Below are positions 14,401 to 26,487 of a DNA stretch of 64,000 bases, piece by piece; within the stretch, counting starts at the first letter, position 1, and each line of letters opens with the position of its first letter. Both the position numbers and the translations under genes were made by a program. Source of the DNA: Schmidtea polychroa (lineage: Eukaryota); the NCBI GenBank assembly GCA_044892525.1, contig JBJFYX010000106.1, positions 62,001-126,000 on the forward strand. Direction: 5' to 3'. The notes below the pieces were generated by a model. That model was not told where the DNA came from. It made no database searches and saw nothing but the letters and a program-made list of their open reading frames with translations.

Positions 14401-14927
14401 TTGTATGGGTACCCTAGGGGGTGGTATGGTGTTACGTAATTTTATAAAGTTATATAATCATATATAAAATGACGTAATTATATTTTTGATTACGTAATAA
14501 TTGGTTTTTTAATTTTACGTCATAATTGACCCCTCCCATTATGTAATTATTGACCTTTGACCTCTTACATCGTAATTGACCTTTGACCTCTTACATAATA
14601 ATTGACCCTTGACCTTTTATGTAATAATTATACTTCATTAGAGTAGTGAGGAGTATAAACCAAGCCAAATATCCCTGGAAAAAATTCAATACATTTTGAT
14701 AGAGTAGTGAGAAGTATAAACCAAGCCAAATATACAGTATTACGTAATATTTGTATGGGTACCCTGGGGGTGGTATGGTGTTACATAATTCTGTATAATT
14801 TTATTATAGATATACATTTATTGAATTATAAACATATATAAGAAAAAGTCATACATACATTTATGAACCCGAGTACTATAATGATGACAATGAATGTGAT
14901 AAACACTCGGTTATAATTCACACACAG

Positions 14928-14959
<32 letters not shown>

Positions 14960-17900
14960 TATAATAATAATAATAATAATAATAAAACCTTTTAATAACT
15001 AAATTGTTCACAACAATAAAAACTTTGACTATTTCACAATAACAACGTAAAAGGCAAATGATATTGATAAAAAATTTAAAAATTATATAAAACATTTTAT
15101 TTCAAGTTAAATACATCTGTGTAGTATGCTTTACGCATTTCAGCTAATAAGATATGGACTGATTGATCTCTTTTAAAGTTGTGACAGCATGGACACCCAT
15201 TGGGGCATGACAATCTCATAATATCTTTGCAAACAATGCAATTTTCAATGCATCTGGTGTCAGACCTTATAACCATATCGTAGTGCAACTCTAAAATTTG
15301 TTCTATATTAATACCTGTTAAACGAAATATTTTATTTATAAGTAACTCTGGTGCACAATAATCTGTGGTATTTCTTATTCCTGGGTATAATTCTTGAAAC
15401 TTCTTTAAAATTACTTCAAATAAGTAAACTAGATATAAAGATTATTAATTATTAATAAAAATATATTCTTTACCTTTTGACATTTTTTCTAACTACTAAA
15501 AACAAAATCAATACAAACAAAATTAATTAATTAATTAACATTTTAATTTCTGAGATAATGTTCTCTACATAGTGATTATAGTCTAGAGTTTTTATTCCAA
15601 GTAATACAACCTTCCCGCTTGAAAATACATTAACACAAACTGGATTATACTTTTGAAGACGTAAGGCGGGAAATATTTCCGGTTCAAACATACATTTAGT
15701 TTTATGTTGTAATTCGTATAAATTTATAAATTTACCGATATCAGCAGTTACTGTAATGGACTGAATTTGTAAATCTTGTATCTTATATTTCAAATCAACT
15801 AATTTAAGAGGTTGCTTGCATCCCATTATCCGACATCTACCCGACTTGAAAAATATAATTGGATACTTCCCACTTCTATCCACAACTTGTTGGGTTTTAC
15901 CTAATGGGAATTTCATGTTTTTGACTTAGCACTTACTTTTATAATTAATGTTGCTCAATAATAATGAAGTCATGTAATAAAATTTAAATAATTTTTATAT
16001 AGTTATAATAATAAATTTAAACAAATATAAACAATAATATTAATGAAATGAGATTAATTAAGATGGAATTAAGAAATGATGCCGTTTATCAAATTGTAGG
16101 TCCCAGTGGTAGTGGAAAAACTTTATTTGTTTGTAAATTATTACAATCGAATATGTTCAAATCAAAATTTAATAAAATATACTGGCATAAGGGAGCTGAT
16201 GACGAGCATGGTATGACACAAGATCAGTTTTGTAAATTAAAAATGAATATAATGAAGGGATTTGATAAAAATTGGTCATCTAGATTACATCAAGGTGATG
16301 CTATAATTATTGATGATTTATATCAGGAAGCAAATAAAGAGAAAGATTTTAATAATTTATTTACAAAAATCAGTAGACATATCGGAGTAACGGTTATTTT
16401 TATAACACAAAATTTATTTCATCAAGGCGGAAGTCATCGAACGCGTAATTTGAATGTACAATATTTAGTTATTTTCAAAAATCCTCGAGACGCAACTATA
16501 ATTGATTTTCTCGCAAGACAGGCTTATCCTAATGATAGAAGATATTAAATTGAATCCTTCCAAGATGCAACAAAGATAGCACATGGGTATTTATTTTTCG
16601 ATTTTACTCAACAATGTCCAGATGATTTACGTGTTAGAACAGATATTTTCAATGAAAAAGGAGTTACGATTTATAAACAAAAATGAAATACATTATTATT
16701 ATTTAAAAAAGTTATAGTTCAACGTGAAAAAGTTACAAAGCAGAAAGAAAACAAAAGAAATACTAAACGGAAAGAAAAAACTATAAATAAGACTAAAAAA
16801 TCAATGAAAAAGAAGAGTTGGATTAAATTATAAACAAATTAATTAATAAAATACATCATTGACAATGAAATTACAACGTAGCTTACCATATTTTAACGCC
16901 TTGCTAAAGGCTCCAAATAATAAAAGGATGAGTATATTACAAGCTTTTCCATCATTTGTTATTGATGATTTACTCGAAGCTATTGTTAACATAGTTCGTG
17001 GTAATGTAAATATTAGTAAAGCTAAAAGGTTTGTATTAAAAAGACATAAGAAATCTCTTTTATCATTAGTTAACACAAAAATTCGAAATCTAATGAGAAA
17101 AATAATGTATAAACAACAAGGCGGAATTTTAGGTACATTAATTCCAATTGTATTATCGGCTATAAGCACAATTTCGTCATTAAATTCTTAAAATATAATA
17201 TCATAATGGGTGCTAAGAATTCATTACCGGATAAACATAATTTAGATTTAAATATATTAACATCATGTTGTAATAATGAAGGAAACATTTTCCAAAAAGG
17301 TCAAATCAAAGAAGAAAATATTAGAGAAAAAACTCAAAACGATTTGGACAAACCCGAAAGATCCAGATGGTTTTGGTGGTGTAGAAAAACTTGCAAAAAG
17401 AGTAAATAAATCAAAGAAAGACACTCAAAAATGGTTATCTAATCAATTAGCCTACAGTCTAAATAAACCAATGTTAAAAAGATTCCCCACGAGATCTTAT
17501 AAAACCTTTGGTGTTAATGATTTTTGGCAAATGGATTTAATGGAAATGATTCCATTTTCAAAAATTAATAAAGGATACAAATATATTTTGACATGTATTG
17601 GTGTATTTAGTAGATACGCTCGTGCTATCCCAACAAAATCTAAATCTGCTAATGAAATGGCTGATGCATTAAAAACATTATTTGCTGACGGACAGCCTCG
17701 TAATTTACAAACAGATTTGGGTAAAATAATAAATTAAAGAATTATAAAGTAAAGAATTTTATAATAGCAAAGTTAAAGAAATTATCAAAGGAATAAATCA
17801 TTACTCAGTATTTTCACAATATAAAGCAGCGCAAGTGGAAAGATTCAATCGTACTTTAAGAGATCGTTTGAAAAAATATTTTGTATATCAAGGCAATAAA

Positions 17901-20900
17901 ACGTGGATAAATGTATTGTCGAAAATAATTTACAGTTACAATTTTTCACCTCATAGAGGAATAAATGGAATGAGACCAATCGATATTTATTCAACAAATA
18001 ATATTGATACTTGGATATCACAACAAGATAAATCAAGAACAAAAAAGCCGAAATATAAAGTAGGAGACCATGTTAGAATAAGTAAAATCAGTGCTTCTCC
18101 ATTCATCAAGAATAATATCAATAAATATTATTTGTGCTGAGACGTTTTTACAATCACATGGAATTAAGTTATCGAATATCCTACCGAAACCATAGAAAAT
18201 AACTCAGCAAAGCTTACAATACTTTTGGATTTTCTTAATATTTCGGCAGTATCAGAACCTTCACTGGTTCCGCAATTTATTTTAATCAAAAAAACCCCAA
18301 TAAATAACACATTTTTATTTATAAAACAAAGGCAAAATTCTTAAAAGTTGACAACCAATTCCATTATTTCAAATGATAAAATCTGGGTCTATGTTTACCA
18401 AAGCTAAACTTTCTTTTATTAAGACTACTTTACCACTATTCATAATTCAAGATCTCAATATTTAAGCACTGAAATGCGTTTCTGTTGTTGACTGTACTGA
18501 TGATTTTTACTAAGTTTTTCTTTGCTTTTATATGTGATGCTCTCATTAATTACTTTTCCCCAGCAAGCAAAACTCTAAATATTTCTGAACAAATAAATGA
18601 ATTCTTATATTATTTTTATGTAGCTTGACAGGTCAGTATCGTGACTCGGCGATTTTGTTTGCGAAAAGAAATAATTAATATCATTAACAAGATTTTAATT
18701 GATCAATAAGTTATATTTTTGCAATTTTGTAGACTTAAAACTTCTGGATTCATCTTTAAAATTTTTATCTGATACTTGACGATACTTTTATCCCAATCCT
18801 TTTGAAAAGTACTAATTTTAGAACTTTTTAAAATTTAAATAAATTTTTACACTGACATTTTGAAAAATTTTCATCCAAAATCACTTGAAAAAAACTACCA
18901 ACAAATCGTGTATATAAAAAAACATCGATATCTTTACTGATTCATAGTCAATTTTTTAATAAATAAAATATATTGAATAAAATATTGAAATCCCAACTTA
19001 AGTGATTTATTCCAAAAGGAATTCCGAAAAAATTCCAAGTGAAATTTTTTTATTTTAGTCGAATATTTTTTATGAAAAAATTACGTCACAAATCACATTT
19101 TAATTAAATTTCAAAATATAAAAATCAATTAAATATAATTTATCACAATTAACTTTCATACAAATCGAAATGTAAATAACAATATCTAAACAGCACTTGA
19201 AATGGAAGAATATTTACAAATCACGAGAGTTTAATTTTATACAATGTAAGTATACGCGGATCAATAAAATATTTATAATTATTTATGTAAGTTTAAATTA
19301 TTGATTTCTTTGTAGCAGCATTAATTAAAAGTTAAACAAGTAAGATTTTGCAGTTTTTACTTTTTGGGGATCTTTATTTTGATTAGCATACCCCCGTCAT
19401 CATTAAATTCTTTGACAGGGACTTTATTACAATAAATCATTATCAATATAAGTCTTCGCCAATAATATAAAAACTTTTTTAAATTTCACCACTGATTTCT
19501 TTTCAATTGACATTGTATTTTTTAAAAAGCTTGACTATGACTCAGTAAATATATCGATTTTTTTTATATTCACAAATTGTCGTCACTGCCTTTTTCAAGT
19601 GAATCCACTAATAAGTCTTTATTTAATTAAACAATATCATTTTATCTTCCATCTATTTTTATTTTTTCGTAGCTATTTTTAACAATCACACAAAATTTTT
19701 ATTTGTGGAGATTAAAATTTAACTCTTACTCAATAGGCATAATACAAATTTTTACTTTTTTATTATTTAAATTTAAATTTAATCTAATTTTCTTTTTGTA
19801 TATTTTTATATTCATTATTACACATATATACATACATTATTTAATAATACTATTATATAATTGTAGACCAAGTGTAAATATTTTTATTAACACGTTGACG
19901 GACACTCGGAACTAGTAAAGTTAAAAATTTGACACTCCATGTTTTGAATCGCGTGCATACTGTGTCAACAGGTGGTAAATAAACCTAACCTAAAATAAAC
20001 TGTTGCAGGTGTGACACAATGCTCTAGTCATACACCAAACACCACTGAGATACATTTTCTATAGTGGTGTTTGCGTGTAGAGAAATTGCTCACTCACCAA
20101 TTTAATGATTTTCATTTACTGAATTTCTCATCATGAATGTATTTTGGAAATTTATTTTAGTCATTTTAGAAATGGCTTTCAGACAATGTTTAATTTTATA
20201 TAAATTTTAACGCTTGAATTTTGATCCATATAGATATGAGATCATTATTCAAGTTCTTAAATATTACTTCTAGTCAACAGTATAATTATAAATTAAATTT
20301 TAATTAATTTTCATGGTTTTCAGGAATTTTATGACATTTATTTTTAAGTATTTTGGAATTATTTCGATATAATGTGAGTCAGATATATTTTTAATTATAA
20401 TTAAATAAATCAATCACCAAAAATAACTATTTTTCTAAGACATTTTGAGAAAAATCGCAGAATGATTAAAATAATTTTTTTCCTGAACTCAATATGTAGG
20501 GCTTCTTTCAGTAAATCAAATCTGGATTGAAAAGACATTGAACCAAATTAATCTGCTCTTGATATTTTCATTAAAAATATATTTAAAAAAATTTTCAGCT
20601 ATCTTTTTTTTCTAAAAATTGTCTAAAATAAAGTTATTATCTCAGCATTGCATTTCTATGAATCGAGTTTGTATGTATTTTTTATTATATGTTGTGTTTG
20701 TGTGCAGTATTTAATTTTTCTATCACTTTTAGATTTCTATAGTGTAAAATGTATCTCATTGAACTATAAATGAGAACATCAGCGTGAAATCAAAGTAAGT
20801 ATGTTTGTTTTTGTAATGTAAGATTATTGATTTTTTTCTTATATTATAGGAAAGGTATTTCAGTGGTGTTTGGTGTATGTTGGTAAACGTACATTTAGAC

Positions 20901-22494
20901 AGCTATAGCAACATTGTCTGAAAATGACCTTTTCATTTTTGACGGATATTGCAGTCATGTAACATTGTGAACTTGGTGTTGACGGTTATGGACGCAAGTG
21001 TCTGTCAATGTGTTAATAAAATTAAAACGCCACGTCTAATAGATACTTTGTGCAAAGATTAGCGTTATAGGTCTTGATTTATTAAAAATAGGAAATTTTA
21101 AATTAGTATCATCAGGTATGAAAGTAAAATGTTCAAATCAAAGCCCATTAAAAATTCTATGGAAATTTTTGATAACAATATCGATCAATACCATAGAAAA
21201 TACAATATAATTCTTTATAGCATATGAAATTACTCCAAATTAATGAATCTCTAGAAAGAATTTGTTATATAACTGAAAATGAATAATTGTGAAGTCGAAC
21301 TTGAACATTTTAAATACCGTATATACTCGCGTATAAGTCGAGAAATTTACGTCAAATTTTCAAGTCAAAATAGCCACTTCGACTTATACGCAGGTCAAAA
21401 ACATACAAATTAATTTTTAATGAAATTATTAAACCTTTTTTATATTTTTGTTACTTCGACTTATACGCGGGTTTCCAATTTAGGACGTAAAGACCTCTTA
21501 AAATTATATATGGTTTATAAAGAAGGTAGATGACGCAAATATAGCTAATATTAATAAACAGTACGATCGAATATTTATGAAAGATAAATGGGATATTGGA
21601 AAAATTACTTTAATAAAACACGAAATAGTTACAAAAACAGACCTATTGTTATTAATCCGAGACGAGGGTCAATGCACTTATTTAAGAAAATCGAAGAGAA
21701 TATTAAAGAAATGGAGAAAAAGGGCAAAGTTAGAAGTTGTGAATTTCCCTAGAATTCACCTTTAGTTTGTGTTAAAAAGAAAGATAAAGAAGAAAGGCGA
21801 CTATGCTTAGATTTTAGACTATTGAACAATGTAACAGAAAGGCCAAAGTATTTTATGTTTCTTGACTTAGGTAATGCATAGAATTGGAGGAAAAATTAAG
21901 AGAAATCAGAGTTTGTTATCTTATTCTCCAAAAAGTCATTGTAAACGAGCATCAATGAGAGGTAACCTTAAATGTAACAAACATTTCAAAAATGAACAAA
22001 GAAACAAAAAAGTGGCACCATCAATATATTGTACCAGCAAAAAATTAACTGGACAGTAACAATCTGAATATACTATATCCTATGTACCAAGCAGGTAGTT
22101 CAGGTGTCGTATGTGTTTATCAAAATAGTAATACTCACTTCTATTTCATTTAAATTTTCCTTGTATTTTCTAATTTCATTGTAAACTTGATTGAGCACAT
22201 AGGATAGCAATTCAAAACAATCCTGTTGTCCAGATCTATTCCAATTTTTAAAAATTTGATGCTTTGAAATATCTTTCAGATTTTGATTTCCAATGTGAAT
22301 ATTTTGAATTAAATCAGTGAAAAATTTTAATTTTTCGAGTGATTCATAATTTTCATGAAGTTGAACGATTTCATCGACAAATTTACTGCTTGATGATATT
22401 GCTTGTAAAACTGAGTTTAAATAGCAATTTGTTCCAAAATTTTTCAGTGGAGAAGGAACGTTTGAAATGTCGGATGAAATTGGGAAACTTTCTT
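11410..22494 (-). CDS. Compact ubiquitin-specific protease (USP30-like), copy A. Exons 22494-22139, 12141-11997, 11954-11410; short ATG exon possibly near 22590
   Basis: Cys box LKNFGTNCYLNSVLQ; QQDCFELL; LPNTICLHLQR; His box IVHRGSVRWGHYVCY...WFLTNDSHV...AYLLFYE. GT-AG introns of about 10 kb (phase 0) and 42 nt (phase 1). Confidence 0.85.
12390..12960. mobile_element. MULE-like MITE/foldback with about 120-bp TIRs and 9-bp TSD TATAGACAC
   Basis: 12398-12517 is inverted at 12833-12952; tatagacac at 12381-12389 and 12961-12969. Confidence 0.8.
14346..14790 (+). repeat. Duplicated Polinton terminal block (about 85 bp at 14346-14440 and 14703-14790; partial third copy at 14642)
   Basis: agtataaaccaagccaaatatacagtattacgtaatatttgtatgggtaccct(a/g)gggggtggtatggtgttac occurs twice. 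Confidence 0.9.
14928..14983. repeat. (TAA)n microsatellite
   Basis: Direct observation. Confidence 0.95.
15097..15288 (-). CDS. Small Cys-rich Polinton ORF, possible Zn-binding
   Basis: RCIENCIVCK...SCPNGCPCCH, within the Polinton remnant. Confidence 0.45.
   Translation of the reverse strand: MHYDMVIRSDTRCIENCIVCKDIMRLSCPNGCPCCHNFKRDQSVHILLAEMRKAYYTDVFNLK
15527..15916 (-). CDS. TATA-binding-protein-like ORF within the Polinton; N-terminus disrupted
   Basis: Two TBP half-repeats: IIFFKSGRCRIMGCK and FEPEIFPALRL...VCVNVFSSGKVVLLGIK (TBP consensus YEPELFPGL...LIFxSGKVVLTGAK). Upstream in-frame LSNINYKSKC precedes a stop. Confidence 0.75.
   Translation of the reverse strand: MKFPLGKTQQVVDRSGKYPIIFFKSGRCRIMGCKQPLKLVDLKYKIQDLQIQSITVTADIGKFINLYELQHKTKCMFEPEIFPALRLQKYNPVCVNVFSSGKVVLLGIKTLDYNHYVENIISEIKMLIN
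16048..16686 (+). pseudogene. A32/FtsK-like packaging ATPase with in-frame stop at 16546-16548
   Basis: Walker A GPSGSGKT, Walker B IIIDD, SRH, ITQNLF, FKNPRD; frame continues IESFQDAT...GYLFFDFTQ...LRVRTDIF to TGA at 16684-16686. Confidence 0.9.
16859..17191 (+). CDS. Basic Polinton protein with C-terminal QQGGILGTLIPIVLSAI motif (adenovirus pX-like tail)
   Basis: Lys/Arg-rich body, then GG followed by a hydrophobic stretch with LIP; lies between the ATPase and the integrase. Confidence 0.6.
   Translation: MTMKLQRSLPYFNALLKAPNNKRMSILQAFPSFVIDDLLEAIVNIVRGNVNISKAKRFVLKRHKKSLLSLVNTKIRNLMRKIMYKQQGGILGTLIPIVLSAISTISSLNS
17276..18115 (+). pseudogene. Polinton rve integrase, interrupted by a 28-29 nt insert at about 17721-17749 and 3'-truncated
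   Basis: WQMDL, LQTDLG[insert]KEFYN, AAQVERFNRTL, YKVGDHVRISK. Confidence 0.9.
19891..21012. mobile_element. piggyBac-like non-autonomous element (TTAA TSD, 16-bp TIR)
   Basis: TTAA-cacgttgacggacact ... agtgtctgtcaatgtg-TTAA, 14/16 match. Confidence 0.7.
21317..21475 (+). mobile_element. Tc1/pogo-type terminal fragment
   Basis: TA-ccgtatatactcgcgtataagtcga terminus, with internal inverted tcgacttatacgc twice. Confidence 0.5.
21577..21880 (+). pseudogene. Ty3/Gypsy reverse transcriptase fragment
   Basis: Across frames: HEIVT...IEENIKEMEKKG...NSPLVCVKKKDKEERRLCLDFRLLNNVT...FLDLGNA. Confidence 0.7.
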
Positions 22495-23759
22495 CTAAAA
22501 TGTATTAGATAAATTTAAACAAAGTTTCAAAATTTTCAATTCATGTTTATAATTTATTGATAAAATTAATTTAATTTAGTTCACGTTGCATTTTTCTGTG
22601 AAATAAGATGTTAACAATTATTGATCTGATTTCAATGTTTCTATAATAACAACTACGAATTCCCAAATATTACAATATCACTTCATAATGTTACACCTAA
22701 TTTCAATGAATAAAAGTCTCTATAATCTAAAAAAACCAATAAATCGAAACACAAAAACTTAAACTATATGTAAAAATTTATGGTTTTAATAAATAAAGTT
22801 TTTTTCTGTAGAAATTGAGAAAGTGGTAGAAAAATAATTTTAAGCTAGATTTGGAGAAATCAACTTTGAGTAATAGAGAAAATGACGAAAAAAAGTTCGT
22901 AAGATTTATTTATAAAATAATTATAAATATAATATTTCTCTTAAAACGCTGCCTTTTTTCGAAGTTGAAGAGCTGAAAAAGTAAGATTTATTCATGAAAT
23001 TACAAATAAATTAAATTATTTTAATTATTTCTTTTAAAATCCTAAAATTTCAAATATTCAAACATGTCCTTCTGCCTCTTGATTTCAAGAAAAAATCGTA
23101 AATTTTAATAACTTAATTTAAAAAAATATTTTCATAGAATTTCAGAACATCGAAAAATTCGATTAGTTAATGCTTTCGAAAATGGCGAAGATTACTATGA
23201 ATTTGTTAGATTACCGGGAATCACCGAAAAATGATTGGAACAATAATTCGAAGATTACAGAAACTTAAAAATCTATTTTATTCAAACACGATGTTTTTCA
23301 CCTAAATGTATTAAAAAATAGATGTATTTGGTGATCACTTTTTTAATAAATTATAATTCAAAATTGATCTAACTCAAATTATATCGAAATGATTCCTAAA
23401 TCAATTTCATGCATACATTTTTAAAACTGAAAACTAATTAAAAATAAATTATAATATAAATGTTGGCTAAAAGTAATATTTAAGAACTTGAATACTGATC
23501 TCATAATTATATGAAATCAAAATTCAAGTCTTAAAATTTACTTAAAACGTAAAAACTTACTTGAAAGCCATTTCTAAAATGGCTATAATAAATTAACTTA
23601 TAAATTAACTCCATCACAAATGGTGAGTAATTGATATACACAGCAACCTGTATTATAGAAACTTCTATTCATTGAAATTATTATTTAAATATATTTCAGA
23701 ATTTATTAGTTTTAACATTTTCTGTGACATTCAATTTCCTATTACGTTTTTCATCATTT

Positions 23760-25285
23760 TTTATCTATTTTTCCAAATTTTGCTTCATTTTCGTAAATAA
23801 ATTTCTATTTCTTCTATTGTCTTTGTCGTTCCATACCAACTTTGCTCTGAATGCTTTCTGTGGTTCCATTTCTTTAATTATCGCTGGAACAATATTTTTC
23901 ACAAAAATAAATAATATCTTTCCTTCTACAGCGCCAATTTTACCTTCGGTATATATCAATCCTAATGCTTCTAGTTTTCTATTATTTGCACACCTTAGCA
24001 ATTCATTTGTTTCGATTATTTCTACTTTATCTAACTAATCAACGGATGTCTTTGTTATTACGTTCACTCGTGCTGCAGTATTTAAACAACAATCTATTTT
24101 TCAACCTTTTTCTTCAGAGTCACATTTGGTCGGCTTTGGTTCTTATTATACATTATCCTTGGATCCTTTCTTTCTACTATCGTATCTGCAATTTAAATAA
24201 TTCTCAATATTTCTTTCTTCAAGAACTCTGTTAACTTTTTCTGGGGTTTTGTCACCTGTTTCGATCACATCGTGATTATTCTTTTTATAGATTCGAAGTT
24301 TTCTACTATACTATTTGTGTTATTTACTTTATTATTTATATTAGATTCATTTTACAATAATTTACATTCATTATTTTATCATCATTCAGATTCATTTCAT
24401 TCGTAGCTCATGAAAATACTCTTACCGAAAATATATATTATGGCTTCTCTTGATAGAGCTTGTCCTTTTGGGTGTTTGTCATCATTGTATTGATCTATCT
24501 CGTTTATTGTATGTCATGGGTAATCTTCCATCTTTGTTTTCAATGGCGGTTATCTCTCTTTTTTTTGAATTAACCGTTATTCTGGTTAGATTGCATTGTT
24601 TGACAATTCCGTTAGAGATGGCCACTGCTACAAGCAAACCATTGAACTTTCCATTATAAATTTCAGTCTCTGCTGAAGCGTCGGAACTTGTGGCATATCC
24701 AACATTCCACTTGCTTAAAACGGTCTCTATCGTTTTAGTTCAAATTCCCATCTCTCCTGAGTGATAAGTCTATGTAATGCCTCGTATTGTTACCAGGTTT
24801 AGGTAACATTTTCATGGTATTCACCGAATCTATCATTTAGTTTATTTTCTTCGCATTTTTATCGCTGCTATAATTTCCTCAACTCCCTGTTTCGAAAACA
24901 GCGCGTTTGCATGCATTTTGCGATCTCTTTATTCCATTCGTGCGTAGCTAACATTTTCTTCCATTTTCTGGATAAAAACTTCTACCGATTCGTTCCCTTG
25001 TCTGCATTCTAAAACTTCAGTTATATTGTCTATCAGCGTAGTAGGGTTTTAAAACGCAGTTCTTGGCTTTTAGTCAAAAGTTTATTCTTCAACTGCTTCA
25101 AACTTCTTCTTTAGCTCGTTATTTACCATTGCGTTAACAAGAGTTGGTTGCATTTTGGCTGGAATTTTTACCATTTAAAAAAAAACTTTGACATTTCTTG
25201 ATGAATTTCTCGATATCGTCTCTTCTCATAAGTCTTTTATGGATCAGTCTTCCAATTAGAATATCCATAGCCTTGGTAGCCATGT
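23760..25285 (-). pseudogene. Decayed Gypsy gag(-pro) relic
   Basis: MATKAMDIL...DDIEKFIKKC gag-like start; degenerate CCHC knuckle ECWICHKFRRFSRD near 24680-24720; many stops. Confidence 0.45.
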
Positions 25286-26454
25286 TAGTTACAAATCACA
25301 TTTCAATCTATTTTGTCTGTCATCATAACTAAATTTAATTATAACAATTTAAATGTTATTTAAATATGTTTCAGATGCATTTTGAGATAATTCTTTTTAT
25401 GAGCTATGAGTTCAAACATACATTTCAACATACATAAATTGATATACACCATTTAAAATAAAATTTACAAATTCCTAATAAAATTAATAAAATCAAAATT
25501 TTATAATCTCAATTTTCTTTAATTCCAACTTATTTTTATCAATTTTTCAATTATAATACTCACACCTTACATGTAGGGTATAAAGCATTATTTATATCCA
25601 CTATATCTTAGCTGTCAGTTGAGTGTACTCTTTGATGTGCATTACCGTATTGTTCATGGAAAGCAGTTTTAAAATGTAAAATGTAACATGAAAATTAGGG
25701 CTTTTTTAACTTTTCTAAATTGAAATGTTATCTTACAAATTTTGTATGGATATTATATTTATTAAAAAATTTAAAAGAAATCAGAGGTGAAAATCGAAAG
25801 AAGTTTTTATAATATATAATAAAACTATTTATATTGATATGTATTCTGTATTTTTCAAATGTAACTATATTCTGTCAGATAGAAAATTATATGGATGTAT
25901 ATAAATTTTAGACCCTCAAATGTGTGCGACGTTTTTTCGAAATTTTTCAAACCTGATTGTGAAAATGTTATCTACACAAAAAATTCATTGAAAATAAATT
26001 GGGAGCAAAAGTCATAGTTTAACTGAAATAAATAATGAAAAATGTTTATTTACCGTCCAAACTTGAATATTGAAAATCTGAAAGAATTATAAATGTAAAA
26101 ATAATTTTGTAATATTTAAAAATTAATTCAAATATTTAATTTAATTATGATTAAATGAGCTTAATAATTTTGACCAGGATTTTTATCATTAATTAAATTT
26201 AATTAATTTAATTATCAGTTAACTTATCATGTTTGGACAAATTAAAAACTAGTAATAACTATTAGTAAACTATCTATAATCCATCAAACGACGGCCATTT
26301 TTATGTTTAAATTTCTGTTTTAGATAATTAATTTTTTGCACCTTCTAGCAATCAGCAACGTGCTGTAACTTTTGGAGGCCATGTGCAGAAAAATCTGAGA
26401 GGAAGGGTATTATATTGGTGAATTGGAAGTCTTTCATCATGTGCAAAAAGTCAC

Positions 26455-26486
<32 letters not shown>

Positions 26487-26487
<1 letters not shown>

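Larger units (their letters stand above)
14346..18115. mobile_element. Polinton/Maverick remnant (one terminus, small ORFs, packaging ATPase, rve integrase)
   Basis: AGTAGT terminus at 14346; TTGACCTTTGACC-type subterminal repeats at 14525-14612; A32-like ATPase, pX-like ORF and Polinton-type integrase in a row; truncated inside the integrase. Confidence 0.88.

Noticed and set aside
14826-15095. Poly-Tyr ORF
   Set aside because: Translation of the (TAA)n microsatellite.
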